From positions 25,854,001 to 25,918,000 of the forward strand of contig OX597828.1 of the NCBI GenBank assembly GCA_951406725.2: 64,000 nucleotides of DNA, in the 5' to 3' direction. This document shows positions 26,073-40,170 of this stretch, in pieces (position 1 is the stretch's first letter; each line of letters begins with the position of its first letter). This DNA comes from Octopus vulgaris. Lineage: Eukaryota. Position numbers and translations under genes: made by a program. Below the pieces are notes generated by a model. It was given only the letters and a program-made list of their open reading frames with translations, was not told the origin of the DNA and did not search any database.

Positions 26073-26934
26073 GCGAGCCAGACTGGCTGTTCCAGCGCAT
26101 CTCCCTCGTGATCCTCCGGAGCAACGCCTTTTCCATTTTGTCTGCTGATGCCATGAGAAGTGTTTCTATATTGTGAGAGGTTCTCCCTTAATTTTTTTTT
26201 CCGACTTAAATCACGTCTCTGCTCAACAAAACGAGGCGATATTTCTTTAAAAGTCATATCAAAGATTTTTATGTACTTTTAAAAATTAACCTTTATCGTT
26301 CTGACCTCATAATTCTAGTCACAACAGCATACCCTGTGGTGGAGACGACGACGACGTCGAAGAAGAAGACGAAGAAGAAGAAGAAGAAGAAGAAGAAGAA
26401 GAAGAAGAAGAAGAAGAAGAAGAAGAAGAAGAAGAACAGTGCGGTGATGGTGATGGTGATAGCGATAGTAGTCTTTGTAGTGGTGGTGAGAGTAGTTGTT
26501 CTTAGAGTGTTGGTGGTGATATATTGATGGTACTGTTGTTATGGCTGTGTGAGTGGAGTGATGGTAGTGGTGGTGGTGGCGGCGGCGACCAATGAAATGA
26601 AAGTGCTGTATGTTGTTGTTGTTGTTGTTGTTCTTATTGTTTTTTTTCTTATTTCGCCCCGGGGCAAGTTTGGCTCGTTCCGTACATCATTCCTTCAGGA
26701 TTTTGCTTAGAATTTGTTCTGTCCGGTAATTTCGTCAGATGTAAATTTCCAGCATCATCTTTGTGATGGCTGCACACATAGCTGTGTGGTGAAGAAGCTC
26801 GCTTTGCAACCCTGGTATTTCGAGTTCGCTCTTACTACTTGGCACCTTTGGTATCTTATGCTGTAACTTCGGGACGACCCATGCCTTGTGTGAGAATTTA
26901 GGAGGTGGAAACTGTACGAAAGGTGTGTGTGTTT

Positions 26935-26986
<52 letters not shown>

Positions 26987-29024
26987 ATGTGTGTGTATAT
27001 ATAAAATGAAAAGGCAAAACATTGGCATAACTTGAAAACATTTTATTTAAATAAAGAATGTAAACTAAGTGCAGAATAATTATGATAAAAAGATCTTTTT
27101 TATCATAATTATTCTGCACTAAGTTTATATTCTTTATCTAAATTATATATATGTTTTTTTTTTCGAGTGGTGTCAAATATCTTTGTTTTTTTTTTAAATT
27201 TCAATCTATATCCACCCGCTCAAGGAGAAACCACTTCTAGCCACCTTTGATAGGCATTTTCAGCAGTACATTTTTCAGTTGCAGTGGAAGCGGGAGTTTT
27301 AGCGTTAAACCAAACTGACCATTCATAGTACACAATTATTACATTACATCAATTGACGAAAACTCTTTGTATATACTCTCCATCTCTCACTCCCCCTCTT
27401 CCCCCCTTCTCTCTCTGTATGTATGCATATATCCTGGACGCCTTGTTGGAAAACTAAATCCTACGTTATTAGCTGTGAGAGATCCTCTCATGTAGGTGTT
27501 TGGTGCATAAAAGTAGACACATAGATCCTAGCAGATGAAATTCGTCCGTCAATGGCACCAAAATTCCCCATATCCCGTGATTTCGGGCTATTTGATCTCC
27601 TCAGTTGGAAGCACCGCTCACCGAATGCCAGCCAAATCTCGCTGCTACGATATACGAGAAGAGGTAGGAATAGGTGGCCAATAGGCAGAATTGTCAGAGC
27701 CTTGCGTTATATGTCACGGATTTTTACGTTCTGAGTTCAAGTCAGGCCGAAGTCAACTTTACATCTAATCCTCTGAGGTCAATATTCTCTTTCTCTCTCT
27801 TTTACTTGTTTCAGTCACTTGACTTACATTGAACGTGTCCTGGTAGCTGAGGAAAACTTGTCTATATCTCAGCCGGCAACTTGATGTCTCTTGTGAAGAA
27901 AATTACACGAAAGAAAACACCTGGAAACCACATTTATATTTTCCCACAAAAATTCCATTACAAGAAATATAGCAGTTGTCAAGGAAGTCACCAGTGTTCG
28001 TTCATTGTAGTATACCAAGTGATATAGCGTATTTGACGGCGTATAAGACGGTCTTATTTTTTTGTTTTTAAATGCTGCAATGAGAGCAATAAGAGATCGA
28101 GTGCTCTAGCGCAGGGATCCTGATGAGCATAAGTCCACCTGGCAAGATAATTGCTACTAATAATGGTTTCAAATTTGAGCACAAGGCCAGCAATTTTAGA
28201 GGAAGGGATAACTCGATATGATCGAGAACAATGCTTAACTAGTATTTATTTTATCGACACCCAAGAGGACGAAAGGCAAAATCGACCTCGCTGCCATGTT
28301 TGTTTCTAATAATACAATATCAAAAAGAAACCAAAATATCACAATCCATTTATGTAACCTTAGGAAACATTGTTTACGGTAGGTCGGTCGCTATGTGGGG
28401 GGAGGTCAAATCTTCATCGAATAAATACCTTCCCATACACACACACACACTTCATATATTTTAAGATTATCTAAATGAAAAAAATTCTATTAAAAAGGTG
28501 AAGGACGTGGATGGCAACAGAACCATAACAGCGGTCAACCACCTTGATGGTCAATAGCGATTACATTAAAAGACATAGTCTGAAATACAAGCTTTACTTC
28601 CTGGATGGCAATTTTCTTCAACAAAATATTAACTACAAACGGTAGAATGTAGAACAGAAATACTGCTCTCTGATAACATTGTGTATTTATGATAAATTTA
28701 CGGTTTCATCATTGAGGGTCTCTTGTGATTCTAGATTCAATTGGCTGAAAATGATAGATGGGATGAACACTCATTCAGTTGTGAATGGAGATAGAAGGAT
28801 CAGCGATCAGCGATCAGTTTATTGGTTTGTTTAACCCGAGATCAGCTCTGACCGAAGAAGGTTTTTCCAGCCGTTAATTTACCGTCCTTCTTGACCATTA
28901 TAAATATAGAGCTACGTAATACAATGGAGTGTAGAGGATGGTCTGACCACGGCCTGAACAGTTATTTTTAATCCAGAAGTACATGCAGATATAACTTATT
29001 GTTGATGCTGTATCGACTGTATAG

Positions 29025-29462
29025 CAGTGTTGTTGTTGTTGTTGTTGTTGATGTTGCTGCTGCTGATGCTGTTGTTGTTGTTGTTGGTGGTGGTAGTGGT
29101 GGTGTCGGCAGAAGTGGTTGTTGTGGAAGTGGTAGCTGTTATTGGTGATAGTGGTTGTTGTTGTTGTTGTTGGTGGTGGTGATGGTGGTGGTGGCGGTTG
29201 TGATGCATGCTACTAGTGGTGGTGGTTGTAGTAGAGAAGGTACTGTCACTGGTGGTGGTGAAGGTTGCTGTTGTTGTTGTTGTTGTTGTTGCTGTTAATG
29301 GTGGTGGTGGTGGTGGTGGTGGTGGTAGTGGTGGTGGTGGCTTCAACAGGAGTAAGAACCGAAATAGCTACGGATGTTCTGAAACATCACTTCTTTAGAG
29401 TTTGATATATAGATCGTTGCAAGGCAGCATTTGAAATTATAATGATAATGACGATGATGGTA

Positions 29463-29508
<46 letters not shown>

Positions 29509-29846
29509 GGAGGAGGAAGGGGGCGAGGGCGAGGGCGAGAGCGATGGTTCAGTAATGAAGAAACGTGATGTTGATTAGAATGAAGTTGACAACGAAGAAA
29601 TGGCCCATGAGGATGAGAGGAATAATGAGGAAGGGGGGCAACAGGCGGGAAGGATGATGATAACGACGATTACAAGGGTGACAATGATGATGATGATGAT
29701 GATGATGATGGTTGTGGTGGTGATGATGATGGTGATGACGATGATAAAAAAATGAAAGAAAAGAATAATTAACAACAAAAAGTAAACTGACGGTAGCGAT
29801 AAACCTGTAGATTGTGTAAGTAATAACAATAATAATAATAATAATG

Positions 29847-29877
<31 letters not shown>

Positions 29878-29888
29878 TAATAATAATG

Positions 29889-29950
<62 letters not shown>
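29025..29950. repeat. Compound (GTT)/(GGT)/(GAT)/(AAT) microsatellites
   Basis: Direct reading. Confidence 0.9.
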
Positions 29951-29951
<1 letters not shown>

Positions 29952-30082
29952 GCAATAAGGAAGTGTGCGCCGGAGATCGATATCTCACACAGTTCAATAA
30001 ACGAGGTGAATCGATCTGTTGAAGGAAGGATAAATGATCCTTTGCACAAACTATCGATTACACTGCTACGCCGCCCCCACAG

Positions 30083-30147
<65 letters not shown>

Positions 30148-30471
30148 CACATGTGTGTTTTTCTATATTTGTATATATTTGTACGCACACAAACACAGAC
30201 ACACACACAAAAATGCGTGTCATTTATCCGTAAGTGTGAAAAATATATATATACATGCATAAAATATATATATATACACACATACACACATACATACATG
30301 CGTACATATATATGTATATACATACATGTAAATATATATATGTGTGTAATGTGTGCTTATAAATCTATTTTGTCTCGTGTATTCGTATGTCTATATATTT
30401 ATGCAATCAAATAATACACATCCACGTATAATACACCCATGTGTATGTACATATACATACACATACACACA

Positions 30472-30546
<75 letters not shown>

Positions 30547-30603
30547 CACACACACACACATATATATATGTACATACATGCACATATACAAACACTCACA
30601 CGC

Positions 30604-30639
<36 letters not shown>

Positions 30640-30840
30640 GGTGTTTCGACGAAGAGAAAAGAAAACAATAAGAAGAGATGTGAGTGTGGAGACGGAGAAG
30701 GAAATTGTGCGTAAAGTAAAAAGGTGAAGGATTATAACAACATGGAGGAAGGTAATATCTTACGCATGAAACAAGATAATATTTGTTTGTTATTTAAAAT
30801 AACAATCTCCAGATATATTGAGAAATAGATAGATAAGAGT

Positions 30841-30864
30841 AGGTAGGTAGGTAGGTAGGTGGAC

Positions 30865-30911
<47 letters not shown>

Positions 30912-30945
30912 CAGATAGATAGATAGGTAGGTAGATGGATAGATG

Positions 30946-30992
<47 letters not shown>

Positions 30993-31029
30993 GGATAGAT
31001 AGATAGATAGATAGATAGATGGATAGATG

Positions 31030-31072
<43 letters not shown>

Positions 31073-31089
31073 GGATGGATGGATGGATG

Positions 31090-31140
<51 letters not shown>

Positions 31141-31157
31141 GGATGGATGGATGGATG

Positions 31158-31201
<44 letters not shown>

Positions 31202-31217
31202 TATAGATAGATAGATA
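30841..31217. repeat. (GATA/GGAT)n tetranucleotide repeat
   Basis: Direct reading. Confidence 0.97.
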
Positions 31218-32130
31218 AGTAGATAGCTTGTCAGACGTTCAGATACGTATGCACACACACACACATGCGCGCGTACACACATACACACCTAGGTGTATTA
31301 CTGTGTTACGGGACCGACCAGACTATCGGATGCTGTTATACGTCGAGGTCGTAATACAGCTTTACGGATTGCTGAAGCTTTTGGAATGATGTTTTTTCCG
31401 CTGGCGAAGCGAGCAGTCCCACATTCCCCCGGAACGAAACGCCAGTGAGTTCACATTTGGTCGGTGGAACTCTGAAAGGAAGAAATGCAAAGTTGAAATG
31501 TACAGAACATAAAGTACCATGATAAATACTACAAGAACAATAATAATATTTTTAACTGTTAGCTCATGACCAGCAATTTTAAGGAGAGGGGTGGGGATGG
31601 GAGGAAAGTCCCATTCATCGGCCGCAATACTTTGAGTGGAACAGTATTTGAACTCAGAACCTGAACAGCCGGAAAGGATACCGCTAAGAGTGTAAAGCCG
31701 GAAGAATTCTACTTGGCATTTTGTCCAGCAGACTCACGATTCTATCAGATCGCCGCTCTGGAGAATTACTGGAGAATAATAGAACCAATTGAAGGATGCT
31801 ATCTTCTGGCTTGTAAGAAATATAACAAGTGTATGTTGTTGTTGTTGTTGTTGTTATAGTTTCTATCCTAGAAACCGTCTATGGAGCAGACATATGGACA
31901 AAGGTATTCCAAAGTTGGCCATCTCATCTATTTTGTATATCTAGATTTATCTTTGATGACGGTTGTTTGTGTAAATAATGATACTTGGCTGGTTTACGTG
32001 AGTAGGAAATACAGATTTAAGGCGGTAAGATGTGATACAAGAGATACTCAGCTGCTAGTCACAACAGGTGGAGCGAAAACATGGATGCACCATCGGTGGC
32101 TCATAATAAAAAGAAAAACTAAGAATGAGT

Positions 32131-32292
32131 GGCAGGAGTGGCTGTGTGGTAAGTAGCTTGTTTACCAACCACATGGTTCGGGTTCAGTCCCACTGTGTGG
32201 CACCTTGGGCAAGTGTCTTCTACTATAGCCTCGGGCCGACCAAAGCCTTGTGAGTGGATTTGGTAGACGGAAACTGAAAGAAGCCTGTCGTA

Positions 32293-32367
<75 letters not shown>

Positions 32368-32577
32368 TTGTGTGTCTGTGTTTGTCCCCCTAGCATTGCT
32401 TGACAACCAATGCTGGCGTGTTTATGTCCCCGTCACTTAGCGGTTCGGCAAAAGAGACCGATAGAATAAGTACTGGGCTTACAAAAGAATAAGTCCCGGG
32501 GTCGAGTTGCTCGATTAAAGGCGGTGCTCCAGCATGGCCGCAGTCAAATGACTGAAACAAGTAAAAGAGTAAGAGTA
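32131..32577 (+). mobile_element. Family-A SINE, near full length
   Basis: A-box TGGCTGTGTGG, B-box GGTTCAGTCCC, internal (TA)n(TG)n, AAGAGT tail. Confidence 0.92.
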
Positions 32578-33221
32578 ATCAAAGATCAAAGAAGACTTTT
32601 GGTAATCAACAAGGAAGGCATTGTTGTAACAATTTGTTTAATTCTGTTTGGTTCCATCCGAATCTAAAACCTTACGGTGTATCAGTGCAAGATGTACCAG
32701 CAACGTAACCCGCTCGCTTCAACTGCATACAGTGTGTCTATGGTGGTCCTGAAGCTGAGAGGGTTGTCTGGTGTATATTTAACAACAAAACTGAATTAGT
32801 ACAGGTCGGATTTGAAACCTGACCTCTTGCTGAACAGACACATAAGCGTACATCAGCACGACTGTGATTGTTGGAAATATTAAGATGAAATGAAGATGAA
32901 AACACGCAATAGTAATACGCTTTTCTGTTTTCATTTCTATTTATTTATTTATTTACTTGTCTGGAAAACATCTCACCAATTCGCGTTGACTGAATCATGA
33001 GGAAACAATGTTGATCTTTTGAAGCACAACCAAGCGTCATTCTTTGATTTAAATCTGCACGAGGTTAAAGAAGAGATGGAGCGGAATGGGACAAAAGGGC
33101 GCTGCTGTTTGGACGCTGAAGATCTGGCACGGCTTACTGGAGATTCAATCCATTTTGGCGTCAGTACATTTTGGCATTGGACGCAAACATGCACGTGTGC
33201 GTTGAAGTATACACGAAGAGA

Positions 33222-33275
<54 letters not shown>

Positions 33276-33539
33276 TAGACATTACACATACATATATGTA
33301 GATACTCACACATACAGAGAAATGGAGGGAGAGAGAGAGAGAGAGAGAGATGTGTGAAACATTTAAACTAGAGAACCATTAAAAGGTCTGAATGTCAAAT
33401 AATTCAGCCTCGAATCAGACTGTATTAAAACGTTGCATAGCCACGACTGTAGGATCCAAAAATAATTAAAACCCATCAGACAACGCATCGTACCTTCGAA
33501 CAAATACGTACATAACTGCAAACAAACATTCTGAGTTCT

Positions 33540-33800
33540 GTATCGAGTGACATTGCTTGGTGTTGCTCCTCTGTCTCTCATCAGAGTGTGCTTGTCCTAT
33601 GCATTGGAAAGCAAATCTACAGCAAGTCTATGGATATATTCGACCAGCTGGTTTTAATCTTCGATTTGTGATGATGATTTCACTGAGTGGTCTTCTGATG
33701 GCTCTCTTTAGAATGTCTTCATTAATGATTCCCAAGCATCTTTAGTGGAACATCTCTAGCGCTCTGTCGATTCGAACGTGTTCTTCCGTGTCCCATTTGA
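33540..33800 (-). pseudogene. Decayed RTE-like LINE RT C-terminal fragment
   Basis: Minus-strand translation ...RALEMFH*RCLGII...PLSEIIITNRRLKPAGRI resembles RTE LE.FH.RCLR.IL and RRL...GH. Confidence 0.45.
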
Positions 33801-34596
33801 ATAGTGAACAACGTCAATCTGAAACTGCTCTAAAAATGAACACTACCGGAAGGAAAAAGTAAGAGAAGACAGAAAGCTACATGGTGCAGAACATTCATAA
33901 CCAACATGACAGAGGCCAATATCAAATACCCGGATGCAAAAAAAAGTGCAGCCAACGGAAACTAGTGACATTAACTCGCTGGTCAATGTTCTCGCGGGCA
34001 TTGGCGGAACTAAGCGATAGAAAGATTCGAGAAGCTTCTTTAACTTTCCACTTACCAGATCCCTTCACAAGGCTTTGGTCGGCTGAAGTAGAAAGCTGCG
34101 GTGGTCCGCAGTGGAACTGAACCCAGAACCATGGGGTTGGGAAGTAATCACATGGTTCCGGGTTCCATCTATATATGCATATGTGTGTGTGTGTGTTGAA
34201 AATAATAATGATGATAATAATAATCCTATCCTCTCTTTTATAGGCACAAGGGTAGGTGGCCAGTACATACATATACATATATATCATACCTGCATGCCCC
34301 CATCATGAGTATAATTACAAGCCCCGCCAATTTCGGCCCTCCCACCACCCATACACTCTTTCCTTTAAAAATGTTGTCGCCTTGCAACATCTCCAGAAAT
34401 AGTGTTTTGGTACCAAGGGACATAACTCTGAACTAACCCTTGTTCGGTTCGTTTCATCGTCTTTTTCACATCAAATTGGCTTCAAAATTGAAACCATTTT
34501 CATGAGTACCAACGCAAGAAACACTCGGGACCTGGATCACCGTAACTTCAGCCGATTAGTAATAATTAAAAAAATGTATATACTTATTAATATATA

Positions 34597-34727
34597 CAGG
34601 GTGTCCCAAAAAAATGTATACACACCTTAAATAATTGTAAATTTGTTATTCTTTGTAAGCCTAGTACTTATTCTATCGTTCTCTTTTGCCGAACCACTAT
34701 GTGTATACATTTTTTGGGGACACCCTG
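34597..34727. mobile_element. Tc1/mariner-type MITE (131 bp)
   Basis: 28-bp TIRs CAGGGTGTCCCAAAAAAATGTATACACA / TGTGTATACATTTTTTGGGGACACCCTG (1 mismatch); TA on both sides. Confidence 0.88.
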
Positions 34728-35203
34728 TATTTACGTGTGTGTGTGTGTGTATGTGTGTGTGTGTGTGTGCCTGTGTGTGTGTGTGTATGTGTGTGTAGTG
34801 TACTGTAGTTTACGTAGTAAGAGGCGGTAAGCAGTTCAAAACAACACTGAATGCCAACGATCAACCGGTCTTTATGGTTAATGTAGCGAGCACATTGCGG
34901 TTGGTTATTTGGATTTAATGTTCCCTATGCGTATGAACGTGAAGGTGTGTTTGTGCTGATGCCTGTGTGCGTTTGCGGATGCAAGTACATGTGTGTGTAT
35001 GTGTGACGTGTGATTTTACTTTTCAAGGCAACGGCCAAAGCAGTGCTGACGTCACATAACTCGTGATACGACTCCATCTTGATGTTTGCTTCAGCAATTA
35101 CGGCAAAATTCACGGAGACGATCACTGTGTCCAAATTCCTAGATACCTGAATGAAACTCTGATGCGGAAGTAGCTACAGGCACTTCCGTGTATGTGTGTG
35201 TGT

Positions 35204-35240
<37 letters not shown>

Positions 35241-35430
35241 GTGTGTGTGTGGACGTGTAATGGACGAAAGAGAGAGAGAGAGAGAGAGAGAGGTGGGGAG
35301 AGTATAAGTGGGAACAGAATCGGAGCAGTGCTTCTTTGAAAGATTTCTGCTCGTCATCAGGTCCTTGTAATAACACATGCGCACACACATACATCTGCAC
35401 ATAGACAGACTGACACACACACACATACAC

Positions 35431-35481
<51 letters not shown>

Positions 35482-35494
35482 TATATTGTATGTG

Positions 35495-35527
<33 letters not shown>

Positions 35528-35938
35528 GAACACAATATACTTGTATAAACGTTTGTATAGAAGTATGTCTTTGTGTATGTAAACATAAATGTGATGGTAT
35601 GGTATACGTGTGTGTGTGAGTGTGTGTGTGTGTGTATGTGTGTGTGTGCCTGTGTGTGCGTGTGCGTGTGTGTGTTATTACATGGACCTGATGATAAACT
35701 GGAATCTTTCAGAGAAGCGCTGCTCCGATTTTGTTCTCACTTTTAATAACTCTCTCTTTCTTTCTCTCTCTCTCTCTCCCCCTCTCCCCTTCTAACTATA
35801 CATGCGCACGTATACAAATACACACACATGTATAAGTACACATACACAAATGTGCACATACACAAATTCACACACACACATATATTTACGTGAATTTATA
35901 CCCACACTCACATATATATTTCCATATAGTTTTCTGTA

Positions 35939-35989
<51 letters not shown>

Positions 35990-36020
35990 ATACATACAAT
36001 ATATATGTGTGTGTGCGTGT

Positions 36021-36053
<33 letters not shown>

Positions 36054-37283
36054 TATGTACATGTACATACATGCATACATATACATACATTCATACATAC
36101 ATACGTACGTACGTACATTCATAGATACATACATACATACATACATACATGTACACACCCATTGACACATAGGAGGTCGTACACATGTTTAGGCGCATTA
36201 TCTGTTGTAACAGATGGTGTATCTAATATGTTTTGTATAATGGGCCAGCTGAAAGGGGGGAGAGAGGGAGAGAGAGAGAGAGAGAGTTTAAGAGGTTGAG
36301 AGAAAGAAAAATTCCTCTCTGTGTTGTATTATGGAGTCTTGTAGAGGAACTTATTACATGAATAATGCAATATACACATACATAACGGTCGTGTGGAATT
36401 ATATGTGCTTTGGGAAGGAATCAAGGCAATGCGTATATGGGGGAGCGGCCTTCATAACGAGTGAGTGTGTGTGAGTGTGTGCATGGATGTGCGTGTGTGC
36501 GTGCATAAGCATGTATATCTGTATGTATACGCGCAACATGTGTGCGTGTGTGTGTGCGTCTGAGTGAGAGTTTATGTACTCATGTTTGTCTGTGTCGTGT
36601 GTTCTCCAAGTATGCCAGGTCTTCGAATATAAAAATATTTATATAGTCAACACGCTTGTATGTATGTACGTACGTATGTATGTATGTATGTATGTATGTA
36701 TGTATGTATGTATGTATGTATGTATGTATGTATGTATGTATGTGTGTGTGTGTATGCATGCATGTGTGTGTGTTTGTGTGTATGTGTGTGTTTAAATATG
36801 TGTGTGTAAATCGTTTCTTGTATGAACAAACAATAGCATAGTTAGATGAAAGAATAGAGAGCCGAGTCGCAATATCGCCAACTGAATTCTTGGAAACAAT
36901 ATTTAAAATACAAGATTTGACACTGAGATATAAGAACAAATACAATGGTACTAAATGTCTACAGAAAATTCATGATGATATAAAAAAGCTCCAAGAGAAA
37001 GTGATTGTGGGTATTTCTACCCGGGAGCTATTGTCTATGTTTAGGTCTTTGGTAAATCTTGATTTATCTCTCCTATCACCAAAAGCTTCTCATTTGTGAC
37101 CATTCCGTCTATTTTTATTTTATGGTACACTGCATCTAAGGCTACATTAACCGATGTTGTCTGCTCTTGTCTAAGATCGTAGTATATGAATTTTGCGGTA
37201 GATTTAGCTATGCTGTTATTTTTAGCAGGTCGAGTGAAAGATTAACGGCCTTCATGTTTGATTCGAAACATAGCCAGATACGT

Positions 37284-37698
37284 ATTCTCTCTTTACCTGT
37301 TTCAGTCATTTGACTGCGGCCATGCTGGAGCACCGCCTTTAGTCGAGCAGATCGACCCCGGGACTTATTCTTTGTAAGCCCAGTACTTATTCTATCGGTC
37401 TCTTTTGCCGAACCGCCAAGTGACGGGGACGTAAACACACCAGCATCGGTTGTCAAGCAATGCTAGGGGGACAAACACAGACACACAAACATATACACAC
37501 ACATGCACACATATATATATATATATACATATATACGACAGGCTTCTTTCAGTTTCCGTCTACCAAATCCACTCACAAGGCATCGGTCGGCCCGAGGCTA
37601 TAGCAGAAGACACTTGCCCAAGATGCTACGCAGTGGGACTGAACCCGGAACCGTGTGGTTGGTAAGCAAGCTACTTACCACACAGCCACTCCTGCGCC
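37284..37698 (-). mobile_element. Family-A SINE, full length
   Basis: Begins GGCGCAGGAGTGGCTGTGTGG on the minus strand; probable TSD TACGT at 37279-37283 and 37699-37703. Confidence 0.92.
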
Positions 37699-37729
37699 TA
37701 CGTGTTTATATATTTAACATAAGTATAAC

Positions 37730-37866
37730 GGCGGCGAGCTGATAGAACCATTAGCAAGCCGGACAAAATGCCTAGCGGTATTTCGTCCGTCTTTACGTTC
37801 TGAGTTCGAATTCTTTCGAAGTCGACTTTGTCTTTCATCCTTTTGGGGCCGATAAAATAAGTACTT
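37730..37866 (+). mobile_element. Family-B SINE 5' portion
   Basis: GGCGGCGAGCTGATAGAACC...GAGTTCGAATT...GATAAAATAAGTAC. Confidence 0.8.
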
Positions 37867-38336
37867 CTGAAACAACTAACAGCCCTATATCAGAATTTGA
37901 AACCAGTATTTAACATAGGGGTGTGAATCTGCATGTGTATGCGATGTATGCACGTAAGCATACGTGCAAACGTATGTGTCTATGTGCGTCTGCATTACGT
38001 GTATGTGTATCTGTGTACGTATGTCTATGTGTGAATGTACGTGCACATGTCTGTCTATAAGACATGCATATACAAGTATATCAGGTCTTCTTGATGAGAT
38101 TTCCTGCAAATGTAGGTAATACTAGTTCGGAAATACTATTGCTCTTTGTATTACTGTATCTACAGGAAGTGTTTCACAATGAACATTCACCGTTCCGAGA
38201 TAGAAAACCCCCCAGAACAAACGAAAAAGAAAAAAACGAAAAATAAGATGTCACACTCAGCTCCGAAGATTTTGGATGGTCGGTTGTCACGTAACTTATT
38301 TACATGGCCTTTAGAGCTTATTTTATGCATCTCACG

Positions 38337-38411
<75 letters not shown>

Positions 38412-38487
38412 GATACGTATTCTGTTTAGATGATTATAAGTTGAGTGTGAGTTACAATGAAAAAGCATTTCTGAGAAAGAAATGAAT

Positions 38488-38900
38488 GGCGCAGGCGTTG
38501 CCATGTGGTAAGAAGTTCGCTTCCAACTGCATGCTTTCGGATTCAGTTTCACTGCATGGCACATTGGGCAGATATCTTCTGCTATTACCCCGGGCCGACC
38601 AAAGCCTTTGAAGTGGATTTGGTTGACAAGAACTGTAAGAATCTCGTCGTTTATATATAGTGCGTGTATATGTGTGTTTGTCTTTGCGTATGTGTCCTGC
38701 ATCACCGCTTGACAACCGGTGTTGGTTTGTGTGCGGCCTGTAACTTAGCGGTTCAGCATTAAGTTGTCAGTAGAATAAGTGCCAAGCTTTAAAACAATTA
38801 ATTCCTGTGGTCGATTTGTTCGACTAAACTCCTCAGGGCGTTGCCCCAGAATGCCCAGAATACCCAGAATGTCCAATGACTAAAACTAGTAAAAGATAAA
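38488..38900 (+). mobile_element. Older family-A SINE
   Basis: GGCGCAGGCGTTGCC head, GGGCCGACCAAAGCC, TAACTTAGCGGTTC, AGTAAAAGATAAAA tail. Confidence 0.8.
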
Positions 38901-39311
38901 ATGTAAAGGGGAAAAGATAACATTAATTCAAAGCAGAGTCTGTATTTAATATGTACATCAAGGGGTTGCACTTTAATATGCGGTCCACCTGACCATGTAC
39001 ACTTTTGAGTATGTTCTACGCTCACGTTTGCCCTTCAGCTTGTTGTCTACTTCCACTCAAGTCAAAAGAATTTTTAAAAAACTAAAAGAAAAACAAGAGG
39101 TAAGCACGATCATATGAGACCTATAATAGCAGGTCCCACATGCGAAACCCACCGCCTCAGTAACGTTTTAGATACCTTCTTAACACCATTCATCAAGCAT
39201 GTCAAAAGCTATATATAGGACGACCTGGATATGCTCAATCACCTTCCTGAAACAATAAACAAAAATACCCTACTAGTATCTTTCGATGTAATCAACCTCT
39301 ATTCCAATAGA

Positions 39312-39760
39312 GGTTTCGCATGCGGGACCTGCTATTATAGGTCTCAATTTGAGGTCATTTGGAGTAGGGACTTTGATTATTATGTCTGTGGCTATCTTGC
39401 ATGCGTTACTTATTTTCTAACTTTTGTGTATCTTGGGAATAACGAAGAATTGACTGATTTTACTTTTGAAATTGGTCATATAGTCAAATTCTTTGTCGGT
39501 GAGCCCTTCTCTGTATAGGTTTAACATGGATTTTAGATCTCTCATTATTTTCTGCTGACTGTAGTTTTGGGCCTTTTCATAATATGTTGTGTCTTCCAAT
39601 ATGGATAGTACTAGAGTTATATAGAATACCGTATCCATTAAGACAACTGCACTCCCTTTATCAGCCTCTTTGATTGTTATTGTTTTTTCATCATTTAATT
39701 TGTTCAGCTCAGCCCATTCTTTTTTGCTGAATCTTGGTTTGTGTTTTTGTTTGTGCATAT
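39312..39760 (-). pseudogene. Inverted N-terminal RT segment of the Penelope-like element
   Basis: ORF 39417-39815: TIKEADKGSAVVLMD and FFVIPKIHKS are PLE RT N-terminal motifs; continues after a frameshift to LRPIIAGPACET. Confidence 0.85.
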
Positions 39761-39784
39761 GTTGATATGGATAATTTCTGTGAA

Positions 39785-40170
39785 CACAACGTTTCACGGT
39801 GAAAAGCAATTTCACATGTGCTTCAGAGAACCTGATATACGCACTAACCTGCTCTGGGTGTCAAGAGCAATACACTGTCCAAACAAAAAACAGTCTACGT
39901 AAAAGAATGGCTCTGCACAGATCCCAGATCAAAATTCCCCTAGACAGAAAAATAGCATTCGGCCAACATATCGACATTTGCACCAACAACAAAGATCTAA
40001 GCTTCACAATTTTCCCCCTCTACCAGTTCAAGGATGATACAACCTGTATCCAACGAATTAGTAAAGAGGCTCTCTTTATTACAAAATACAGATCCCTTTT
40101 GAACGCGTCTACAACAAACGACATATCCACCACGGCCTTAGAAAAACATAAACACACATGCAAATATTAA
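39785..40170 (+). pseudogene. GIY-YIG (Uri) endonuclease domain of the Penelope-like element
   Basis: FTCASENLIYALTCSGCQEQYTVQTKNSLRKRMALHRS...RISKEALFI; conserved YxG decayed to YTV. Confidence 0.85.

Noticed and set aside
27552-27640. PKFPISRDFGLFDLLSW resembling the Tc1 P.SPDL motif
   Set aside because: Similarity too short and degenerate to support
27828-27920. Minus-strand segment bounded by CAG and GTAAGT
   Set aside because: Stops in all three frames, and the donor overlaps a SINE tail remnant
38060-38130. Minus-strand RRPDILV, like an RLE motif
   Set aside because: Only a few residues match and the flanks are microsatellite; insufficient evidence
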